34,113 bases of DNA from Hyphochytrium catenoides (lineage: Eukaryota > Protista > Hyphochytriomycota). The stretch lies in the NCBI GenBank assembly GCA_900088475.1, contig FLMG01002041.1, forward strand, positions 1 through 34,113. The letters run 5' to 3'. The notes under the pieces are model-generated. The model was not told the DNA's origin. It worked only from the letters and a program-made list of their open reading frames with translations, and searched no databases. Shown here piece by piece: positions 23,968 through 34,113 of the stretch; position 1 is the first letter of the stretch; the number at the start of each line of letters is the position of its first letter. The position numbers were made by a program, and so were the translations under genes.

Positions 23968-24098
23968 ACGAAAGAGAAAGGTCAAGGAGAAAGAGAGAGA
24001 GAGAGAAAGAGAGGGAGAGAGAAAGAGAAAAAGAAAGAGAGAGAGAAACGAAGAGAGAGAAATAGAGAGAGAAGAGGTGGGAGAGAATTGGAGAGATG
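23968..24098. repeat. GA/GAAA purine-rich microsatellite
   Basis: gagagagagagaaagagagggagagagaaagagaaaaagaaagagagaga... Confidence 0.85.
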
Positions 24099-26009
24099 CT
24101 GGCTAGAGAGCTCGATCCATCAGTCAGGCGACCTTTCACACTCTCTTCAGAAACTATGTGCGCCATTTACTTCTAAACCTTAGCCGCTTCACCCAAACAG
24201 TAAGCATAATCTGCGCCGTCTGCCCCTGAGGATATTCCGTGAGACTCGGCTGATGATCTATCTTGGTGTTCAACTGCGTGATGATCGCCTGATCGCTGTC
24301 GCTGCCCATCATCTCCTCCTCATGTCTTCTCTCCGCTTCCCACTCTCTCTCCTGTTGGTTGCCTGACTGGTAGCTTGGCCCGGGCGCCTGTCCCTCAGCT
24401 TCTGCTGGCATGTGGCTGCATCATCCGCGCTTTCAACAGCAGGTTACGAAGCATAGCAAGCAACAGTGAAGGATGATCTCTGTTGATTGGACTGAGCTCT
24501 CGTGGTGTCGAGGAATGATCTTAGCTTGAATATTGAACGTTTCTATAGGGGCAACCACCTGCTTACTGGCTTAGAAAGGACTTCTCGGACGCTGTGGCTG
24601 CACTAGCGGTTTGTTGAGATAAGGCGATAGCCGGTATCTCCTCCTTCGACTTCATAAGACTGGAAGAAGAGCAACTTCCTCTCATGGAGCCCCAACAATA
24701 ACACAGCGCTACGCTGCACGAAGAGCGCTACTGCTGCTGCTGTTGGTGATGGGAGTTTGAGTGTTTGGCTTCTTCTTGGACAGCGTGCACACCGAAATCG
24801 AAGCTCTTCCATTCCCAGAAGGAAGAGTCGCTGGACCTAGCTCCTGAGCAAGGAAGACCTCAAAAGGACTGCGTAGGTTATCCTTTACGAACGAGTCTTC
24901 TTAGCCATGAGGATGATTTTAATAGCAAATCAAAGCCATTTGCTGTTCTTCGTCCTCCACGCTTATAGATCTTTCTTACTCCTTCGACGCTGGGTGAGTC
25001 AACATGCGCGTGAACCTTCCTGTCTTCTCTGCATGCTGCTGAAGACGTCTGCCACATGTGTCAGACGATGAGCCTTTATTGATCCGCTAGGGTCTCCTGT
25101 CGAAGGTGATACACTCTTACGATCCGTGTTAACATCGTCTTATCTGTCCAACGACACCTAAGGGTTGGTAGGGGAGCAAAGTGCTTGACTCATTGAGGTT
25201 GATGTCTGATAGAAGAGACAGGTAATCTTCTCTCCCCTGCTCTACTCTTCGCGACCCTCTATCAGAGCGAAAGCCACTTGCTCTACATATGAAGGGAGAA
25301 CCTAGCCCTGAGACCATCAGAACGAGACTGGCAAGTGGCTGCGAATGAGCAAAAGTGCATCTACGTTTTAAGAAGAGCCGAAGGCTTGATGATTGACGGT
25401 TGGCAAAACAATGGTATTAGCGAGTACAATGCTAAAGGAGGAGCCACCTCCTCCCTTCATCGTAGTCCGAACGCTTACACGGGAGTCTCCGGGCTCTCTA
25501 ACAGAGCCGCAGTCCACAAAGCGGTTGATAGCCGTGAAAGAGCTTCATGAGGAGAGATTCCTTAGCGATGCACCTGCATGGCCAGGTACTTTTCTCTGCC
25601 TGCCAAGCTGTCTCTGTCATACTAACGTATTAATGGCTCCGACAGAAACAGAGCTGGTAGCGTGTAAGGTGCATATCTTCATCCGTGTCGTCAACACGAT
25701 CGGTGAATCTGTAGACCCATAGCCCCTGAGGACAAAGTCTGCGGCGCACTCCTCCAGTCAATCATCCGAATTCTTATGGCCTCGGCCTACAGATCCGTTC
25801 CGAGGGCTATAATTGCACCCAAGGCTGGACACCTACCTTACGCACTTTGTGGACTCTCCTATCATTGATCTTGATGACTCTCATGCCACTGGAAGTCCCG
25901 CACTACTTACGAAAGCCGTTGGTTCAAAAGTCACTATAACAACTTTCCCAGGTTAAGATTGCCTGCCGAACTCTAGTCCAGCTCTAATGAATACTGCCCA
26001 CTCCTTTTA

Positions 26010-26165
26010 TAGACTTTCTCTCCGTCTCATGCTCTCAGCGTCTCGCTCCTTTTGTCTCTCTTGCTATATGTTTCTGTCTACCTGTCGCTAGCTTTCTCCC
26101 TGTCTTTTTCTGCGTCTTCCTCACCTTCGTTCTTTCTTTCTACTCTCAGTCTCCTTTCCTGCCAA
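26010..26165. repeat. CT-rich low-complexity tract
   Basis: Pyrimidine-rich degenerate (CT/CTT/CTGT)n on the + strand. Confidence 0.55.
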
Positions 26166-26712
26166 GCTCCACCTCATGGAGGTCCTGCTATTCCATGTCC
26201 TTTCTGGCGTAGACTCCTTCGTAGTTAGAGGTAGCACTGAAAGCTTCTTCTCCTTTATCTCTCCTTAGGCAAAAGTGCCATCAGGGGCCTTTCCTAGAAG
26301 TCGGCATCATGATGCTTCCATTGTTGCTTCTTCGACCCGGCTTTCCTAGGTCCAGGTCTGGGTAAAGTAGGCCACCCTCCTCTAACGAGAGGCTTCTTGC
26401 CCTATCGGCCACAAACCAGATATATGCTGCCGTACCTACACTTCCTCCTCAAAACGTGAATGCCGGATGGACCAAGTTGTTGTCTTTAGGAGGATACTCA
26501 AAGAGGATGGTTCCACGCAGTCAAGGTTATTCCAATCAAAGAATCCCTCATCCGAAGAAGCTCAAGTGCGGAGGAATGAGACTAGATTATAATGTGATGG
26601 GGATTAGTAGACCTATGATAATAGACATGAAGGACGACACGATATGCAGAAACTGAAGATTAATGCCTCGCTTCTAGCCCTCACTCCCTAGAACTTAGCC
26701 ATGCAGTTTGGC

Positions 26713-29700
26713 TCAGAGATCCTTCCAGACTAAGACGGCAGCGTAGACAAGCCGATAAGTCTCTCCAAAGAACAGGCAGGGCTGACCGTCCTTGCATTGC
26801 TTGACATTCACAGTCTTGTCAATCTTAAAATAGCTGTCTTTTGTCAGATCATTGTCGTTGGACATGACGATGTCCGCATCAGTGGTCTTAGAAGCACCAT
26901 GTAGGCAGATGTCCAACCTCGTGTCAGTGAAGGTGCCCTTAGCGGAGCCTTGGAAGTCCAGGGCTTTAGAAGTGAAGGAGGTCGTCAGATCGTACTTCAT
27001 TTCAGCCAGTAAGCCATTGAACTGAGCCGACATTGTCCCCTTGAACTGACACAGGTTCTCCACTGCGTCGAGTTTGACGAAGCCCGCCCCGGGCTTGAGG
27101 TCTGGAGATGTGTACTTGCTGCTACAGAGCTTCGCAAACTTACGGAGACTCTCAATCTGCTCTGGAGCTGCGTTGTAATAGTCCTTCTTGGCCACGTAGA
27201 CAGAGATCTCAACCAAGCGAGGGATGGCCTGATCCCCTGCAGGGCCTGGTGGACCTCGTGCACCAACGTCGCCCTTAGGACCAGCAGGTCCTGCTGGTCC
27301 GGTGTTACCAGTAGCTCCTTTAGGTCCTTCGGGGCCTGGAGCACCGTCCTTTCCAGGCGCGCCTGGAGCCCCTTTCTCTCCCTTCGGTCCGTCTGCACCA
27401 TCCTTACCAGGGGCGCCCGCCGGCCCAGGAGGACCGGTGGGTCCAGCGTATCCGCGTAATCCTGCAGGACCAGGGGGTCCAGCGGGCCCGGTGGCACCTG
27501 GTAAGCCAGTAGGTCCTGCGTATCCACGTTCACCTTGAGGTCCAGGGGCACCAGGGGCACCTGCAGGGCCAGTAGCACCTATAGGGCCGACGGGACCAGG
27601 CGGACCAGTTGGTCCAGCAGGTCCGGTAACTCCTTGGTAGCCTGGCGGCCCTGCAGGTCCTTTCTCTCCATCCTTCCCATCCCGACCATCTTTGCCGTCC
27701 TTGCCATTCTTACCCGCAGGACCAACCTCTCCCTTGGGCCCAGCAGGTCCTGGAGCTCCGTCCTTGCCATCCTTGCCAGGAGTTCCTACTGGACCTTGTG
27801 GTCCGGGAGCTCCCTTCTCTCCGTCCTTGCCATTGTAGCCGCGATCACCCTTCTCACCCTTTGCGCCTGGAGCTCCAACTGGTCCCGCAGGACCTGCCGG
27901 CCCTGTGGGTCCTTGATAGCCTCTGTCACCTTGTGGGCCCTTAGCTCCCACGGGTCCTGCCGCTCCTTGAGGTCCCTGAGGTCCAGGAGTTCCGTCTTTG
28001 CCTGGAGCACCAGCTGGGCCTGAAGTTCCAGTGGCACCTGTTGTGCCTGGCGCACCTGGAGAGCCAGCGTCACCTTTTGGCCCCTGTGGGCCAACAGGGC
28101 CGGGCAGTCCGACGTCTCCCTTAGGTCCTTGCGGTCCCGCCTCTCCTGTCGCTCCTGCGGCTCCTGGGTAACCTCTTTCTCCCTGAGGGCCCTGAGGCCC
28201 AGCCTCGCCTGTAGCACCAGATGGGCCTTGGTAGCCTCTCTCTCCCTGAGGACCTTGAGGCCCAGGAGCTCCTGTAATACCTGGTTCTCCCTGAGGTCCA
28301 GGAGACCCTTTCTCGCCCCGCGGCCCTTGAGCTCCTGGCGTGCCAGGAGCACCGTCCAAACCTGGGGTGCCATCGATACCCTTGGGACCTTCAGGACCCA
28401 TAGGGCCGGTGTATCCTCGCTCTCCCGGTGGCCCCTGAGGTCCTGGCTGGCCGTCAGCACCCGCTGGGCCCGTTGCCCCCACCGTACCAGGAGCGCCAGG
28501 GGATCCAGCATCGCCCTTCGGCCCTTGAGGTCCAGCTTCTCCTGTTGCGCCAGCTGGGCCTGGGTATCCCCTCTCTCCCTGAAGACCCTGAGGTCCAGTT
28601 GCCCCTGGGGTGCCATCCTCTCCCTTAGGACCAGGATATCCTCTCTCCCCTTGAGGACCTTGCGGCCCAGTCTCTCCAATGGCACCAGCGGCACCAGGAG
28701 CTCCAGGGATGCCAGCGTCGCCTTTCGGGCCTTGCGGTCCAGTCTCACCTGTAGCTCCATTAGTCCCTGGGAGGCCTGGGTATCCCCTCTCTCCTTGTAA
28801 GCCTTGAGGTCCAGCGGGTCCTGTGTCGCCCTTCTCGCCTTTTGGTCCCTGGGGCCCGGGAGCTCCTTCGTATCCTTTCTCTCCTTGAGGGCCCTGAGGT
28901 CCAGGAAGTCCGTCCTTCCCTGGAGCGCCGATCTGCCCGGGATATCCTCTTTCTCCCTGTGGTCCTTGAGGTCCGACATCGCCAGTAGCTCCAGCTGGGC
29001 CTGGGTTACCGGTATCACCCTTGGGGCCTTGAGCTCCAGTCTCTCCCGCTGGACCTTGTGGTCCAGGGTAACCCATCTCTCCTCTGCGGCCCTCTGGTCC
29101 GGGCTGACCGTCAAGACCTGCCGGCCCTGGTACGCCAGTGGCACCTGGTGCACCAGTGTATCCTTTCTCTCCCTGAGGACCTTGAGGTCCGGGAACGCCT
29201 GGTGTCCCATCGGCTCCCTTTTCGCCAGGATAACCTCTCTCACCCTGCGGTCCTTGTGGCCCAACTTCTCCAGTGGCTCCAGTAGCACCAGGCGCTCCTT
29301 GATATCCTCTCTCTCCCTGTGGCCCTTGGGGTCCGATTTCTCCAGTTGGACCTGGGGCACCGGGGTAGCCTCTCTCACCCTGTAAGCCCTGTGGCCCTGC
29401 GGCACCAGTGTCTCCCTTGTCTCCCTGAGGACCCTGTGCTCCTGGCAGCCCATCTTTTCCAGGCGCACCGTCCTGGCCTGGGTAGCCTCTGTCGCCATGT
29501 GGTCCTTGAGGGCCTTGCTCCCCAACAGGGCCTGCTGGTCCGGGGTTACCATTGTCTCCTTTGGGTCCTTGAGGTCCAGGTAAGCCTGGCTGTCCGATAT
29601 CTCCTTGGGCACCCTGTGGGCCTTGTGGGCCTGCCTGACCTGTCTCTCCTTTCGGCCCTTCAGGTCCTACTGGGCCTGGCGAACCATTCTCTCCATGGTA

Positions 29701-32700
29701 GCCTCTCTCACCCTTGGGCCCTTGTGGACCAGGCTGTCCGTCTTTTCCTGGAGTGCCATCCTGACCAGGATATCCTCTCTCTCCTTGTGGGCCTTGAGGC
29801 CCTGCCTCGCCAGTAGCACCCACAGCACCAGGATAGCCAGTCTCGCCCTTTGGTCCCTCTGGTCCGGGCACGCCAGGATATCCTCTTTCTCCTTGAGAGC
29901 CTGGAGACCCAGTCTCTCCTGCAGGTCCCGCGACTCCAGGTGATCCGGTATCGCCCTTAGGACCTTGAGGGCCTTCTGGACCACTATCTCCTTTCTCGCC
30001 CTGAGGACCTTGAAGTCCAGGTTGACCATTTGTGCCCGGTGCCCCGTCCTGGCCGCGATAGCCTCTTTCTCCTTGTGGGCCCTGATGTCCAATGTCACCC
30101 TTAGCTCCAGCTGATCCTGGATAGCCAGCTTCTCCCTGAGGACCTTGAGGTCCTGGAGCGCCAGGAGCACCAGTCTCCCCCTTGGGACCCTGCGCACCGT
30201 CCTGTCCGCTCGGCCCAGGTAAACCTTGGTATCCTCTCTCTCCCTGTGGCCCTTGGGGTCCTGCAGATCCACTGTCTCCCTTCTCACCCTTTGGGCCTTG
30301 AGCCCCAGGCTGCCCATCCTTGCCATTGTATCCGTCCTTCCCTGGAACTCCAGCCTCACCCTGAGGTCCTGGATAACCTCTGTCTCCCTGTGGACCCTGG
30401 GCTCCTGGCTGACCATCAACTCCCGCGGGACCTGGAGCTCCAGTTGCGCCGGTTGCCCCTGGATAGCCTTGTTCTCCCTTGGGGCCTTGAAGCCCCGGGG
30501 TGCCTGGGTATCCCGTCTCTCCTTGAGGTCCTTGAGGTCCAGCGGGACCCACAGCACCAGTGTCTCCCTTTGGTCCTTCAGGTCCGATGGCACCAGGATA
30601 ACCCCTGTCTCCCGGAGGGCCTTGCGGCCCAGGATGACCATCCTGGCCTGAGACGCCTTGAGGACCTACTGCTCCGTCTTGTCCAGGTGCGCCTGGGTAG
30701 CCTCTTTCTCCCTGTGGACCCTGTGGACCGATCTCTCCCGTAGCTCCAGTGGCACCTGGAGCTCCAGGACTTCCTGTGTCACCTTTAGGGCCCTGAGGTC
30801 CAGTCTCGCCCGTGGCACCGATACCTCCATCAGCTCCAGGATATCCTTTCTCTCCCTGTGGTCCTTGGGGTCCTACGGGTCCCTGAGGTCCAACCTTCCC
30901 TTCCGGACCTTCTGGACCTAATGCCCCTGGATAGCCTCTTTCTCCCTGCGGGCCTTGAGGGCCAGGATGGCCGTCGACACCAGCAGGACCGGGATCTCCT
31001 CTCTCTCCGTGTGGCCCTTGAGGTCCTGGTTTGCCGGCAGCACCATCCTTTCCATCTTTGCCTGGACTTCCATCTCCTCCTTTCGGACCGGAAGAACCTC
31101 TCTCTCCTTGTGGCCCCTGAGGACCAGTCTCGCCCTTAGCTCCAGTTGGACCAGGGGCGCCAGGGTATCCGTTTTCTCCCTTAGGTCCTTCTGGTCCTGG
31201 AACACCTGGATATCCCTTCTCCCCCTGAGGGCCCTGAGGACCTGGGTGACCATCAACTCCAGCAGGGCCTTGCGGTCCAGGTTCTCCTGGTGCTCCATTG
31301 TATCCTCTCTCGCCTTGAGGACCTTGAGGTCCAACTTCTCCGGGTGCTCCAACTGCACCGGTGGCACCGGGAGTTCCTGTCTCGCCTTTCGGTCCTTCAG
31401 GTCCTGCTGGGCCAGGATAGCCCCTCTCTCCCTGAGGGCCCTGCGCTCCTTGCTGGCCATCATTCCCATCGAGACCATCCTTGCCGGGGGAACCTTGTGA
31501 TCCTTGTGGTCCTTCAGGACCGGGGGCACCAGTGTATCCTTTTTCACCTTGCGGACCTTGGGAACCAGGTTGACCATCGGCACCAGCAGGGCCAGGATAT
31601 CCTCTTTCTCCTTGAGGGCCCTGAGGACCAACAGCACCAACCTCACCAGTATCTCCCTTGGAACCTTGAGGTCCTGCCTCTCCATTCGTGCCAGCTGGAC
31701 CTGGGTAGCCTCTCTCTCCCTGCAGGCCTTGAGGCCCAGCTGGGCCGATGTCTCCCTTATCTCCCTGAGACCCTGGAGCGCCGGGAAGCCCATCCTTCCC
31801 AGGAGTACCATCTTGGCCGGGGTAGCCTCTCTCTCCCTGTCGTCCTTGAGGTCCCACGGGCCCAGGCGGACCCGTTGCTCCTTCAGGTCCTTGAGGACCT
31901 GCTTGCCCTGGGTAGCCTCTTTCTCCTTGCTCTCCTTTGGCGCCATCCTTCCCGTCATGACCATCTTTCCCATCCTTTCCGTCTTTGCCTTTATCTCCCT
32001 TCGGACCCTGAGGACCTGTCTCACCCCTAGCTCCAGGACCGCCGGGAGTACCGGGGGCGCCCTTCTCACCCTGTGGTCCTTGAGGTCCAGGCTGTCCGTC
32101 TTTACCAGAAGTTCCATCCTGTCCGGGATAGCCCCTCTCTCCCTGAGGGCCTTGAGGTCCAGCTAGACCAGGCAGTCCTTGATCTCCTTGCGGTCCTTGA
32201 GCTCCAGGGAGGCCAGGGCTTCCAGTGTCTCCCTTTGGCCCCTGAAGGCCTTGCTCACCATTGACTCCGGGTGCTCCAGGTGCTCCGGTGTCTCCTTTAG
32301 GGCCAGGATAGCCTTGCTCGCCCTGAGGGCCTTGAGGCCCGACAGCTCCAGTCGCTCCAGGAGTACCAATAGCGCCAGCTGGGCCAATCTCTCCCTTCGG
32401 CCCCTCTGGGCCTGGTAATCCAGGGTATCCTTTCTCTCCCTGAGGGCCCTGAGGTCCTTCTCGACCTTCCTTCCCATCAGCCCCAGCAGGCCCTGGAGGA
32501 CCTTCAGGTCCGGGGGCGCCTGGGTACCCAGTTTCGCCCTTGGGTCCATCTGATCCAGGAGCTCCTGGGTACCCTCGCTCACCGTGAGGCCCTTGAGGGC
32601 CAGGTTGTCCATTAACTCCCTGAATGCCTTGGTCACCTTTCTCACCCTGAGGCCCTGGTGGCCCCGGCTGTCCAATAGCACCTGGCTGTCCATCGGCACC

Positions 32701-34113
32701 TGGAGCGCCAGCATCTCCCTTTTCGCCGTGGTAACCTCTCTCTCCTTGTGGCCCTTGAGGACCAGTCTCACCAGTAGCTCCAGGGGCGCCGGGAGCACCA
32801 GGATATCCAGTTTCTCCCTTTGGCCCTTGGGGACCTACAGCGCCCGGAGACCCAGGCTCCCCTTGAGGTCCTTGGGGTCCAGCGGTGCCAGGATATCCTC
32901 TCTCCCCGTGNNNNNNNNNNNNNNNNNNNNNNNNNNNNNNNNNNNNNNNNNNNNNNNNNNNNNGGCTGGCCATCCTTACCAGGTGTCCCGTCTTGACCGG
33001 GGTAGCCTCTCTCGCCCTGGACCCCCTGTTGCCCTTGGGGCCCGACAGGACCCATCTCTCCCTGAGGTCCCTGAGATCCTGCAAGACCAGGATATCCTCT
33101 CTCACCATCCTTGCCTGCTGGGCCTTGTTCGCCTTGTGGTCCTTGAGGCCCAGGAACGCCAGGGTAACCAGTATCTCCCTTGGCTCCCTGAAGCCCCGGG
33201 TGGCCATCAGCCCCAGGAGCCCCCGGCGCTCCAGTGTCTCCTTTGGGTCCAATGTCGCCTTTATCGCCCTGAGGTCCTTGGGGCCCTATTTCACCAGTAG
33301 CTCCAGCAGCTCCAGGGGCGCCTGGGTATCCTCTCTCACCTTGAGGGCCAGGAGGTCCTGACTGTCCATCCTTCCCAGGAGCACCGTCCTGACCAGGGTA
33401 GCCCTTCTCTCCTTGTGGGCCTTGCTCACCTGCCTCACCCTTTGGTCCCGCTGAACCAGGGTAGCCTCTCTCGCCCTGAGAACCTTGGGGCCCTATTTCG
33501 CCGGCAGGACCAGGCTGACCTGTCTCTCCCTTTGGCCCTGGGTTACCCGGACTTCCGTTCTCGCCCTTGGGTCCTTCGGGTCCAGCTGGTCCTGGTTGTC
33601 CAACTGCACCGTCATGGCCGTTGGGTCCAGGTGGACCCTGCTCACCCTTATCACCTTTGTATCCCTTCGGTCCTTGAAGTCCAGTGGAACCTGGAGGGCC
33701 TTGCAACCCTGGGACTCCTGGAACTCCGTCTAGTCCTGCCGGACCCTGAGGACCTTGAGGACCGGACGGTCCCTGCTCTCCAGGGGATCCCGGATAGCCG
33801 TGCGGCCCTGCAGGTCCCTCAGGCCCCGGCAGACCAGGGCTCCCATCTTGTCCCTTAGGACCCTGAGGGCCCATCTCGCCCGTTGGTCCAGTGGGACCAG
33901 GGTAACCCGTATCGCCCTTTGGACCTTGAGGTCCTGGTTGTCCGTCCTTTCCGGCGGCTCCTTCTTGTCCTGGAGTTCCTGGGGCACCAGGATATCCCGT
34001 CTCTCCCTTAGGACCTTGAGGTCCGATACCTCCGGGTGCGCCGGCTGGCCCTGGATATCCTGCCTCTCCTTTAGGCCCTGAAGGGCCGGTCTCCCCTGCA
34101 GGTCCTTGTGGCC
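26713..34113 (-). CDS. Giant collagen-like protein (5'-truncated by the window end): >=~760 Gly-X-Y triplets plus ~172-aa C-terminal globular domain
   Basis: Continuous Gly-X-Y reading from the window end (..[20 protein letters not shown]..) to GPPGPAGDQ at ~27229, then a non-collagenous domain ending [14 protein letters not shown] at 26713. The two listed ORFs (32768..33874 and 26713..33252) are one gene whose frame changes only inside the N gap. Confidence 0.95.
32911..32963. other. Assembly gap (53 N) inside the collagen gene
   Basis: Run of n characters, with collagen triplets in register on both sides. Confidence 1.

Noticed and set aside
24154-25970. Possible gene(s) between P4H and collagen (ORFs 24154..24411, 25393..25722)
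   Set aside because: No recognisable domain and no consistent spliced reading frame; may be relics but cannot be supported.
32964-33252. N-terminus [16 protein letters not shown]... of the listed 2179-aa ORF, or a programmed frameshift
   Set aside because: Out-of-frame translation of collagen sequence upstream of the N gap; the frame change lies within unknown bases.
26997-34081. Many long overlapping ORFs in other frames and on the + strand over the collagen gene
   Set aside because: Shadow ORFs caused by the GC-rich GGN-CCN periodicity; no independent protein features.
27229-34113. CRISPR-like or satellite array
   Set aside because: Repetition is at the peptide level with synonymous variation; there are no identical repeats with unique spacers.

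Overview
Eukaryotic nuclear DNA from a compact genome with short GT-AG introns and CTRAC/CTAAN-like branch points. The organism is probably a flagellated protist: it has a DRC8/EFCAB2 gene, and the P4H and Cys-rich domains look stramenopile/oomycete-like (inference). Left to right: two identical tRNA-Gly(GCC) genes flanking a degenerate ~210-bp inverted repeat; DRC8/EFCAB2; C1D/Rrp47; GA microsatellites and decayed gene relics; a small Gly-repeat protein; two paralogous Cys-rich single-pass membrane proteins with a conserved YPxL tail; a four-lobe EF-hand protein; a multi-exon prolyl 4-hydroxylase with a ~250-aa duplicated insertion inside its catalytic domain; and, 3.3 kb away on the same strand, a giant intronless collagen-like gene. 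The collagen has about 760 or more Gly-X-Y triplets, runs off the window end, spans a 53-N gap, and ends in an unrecognised C-terminal globular domain. The best candidate for a novel system is this P4H plus giant collagen locus in a non-animal eukaryote. Exon structures were assembled by eye and need RNA-seq confirmation.
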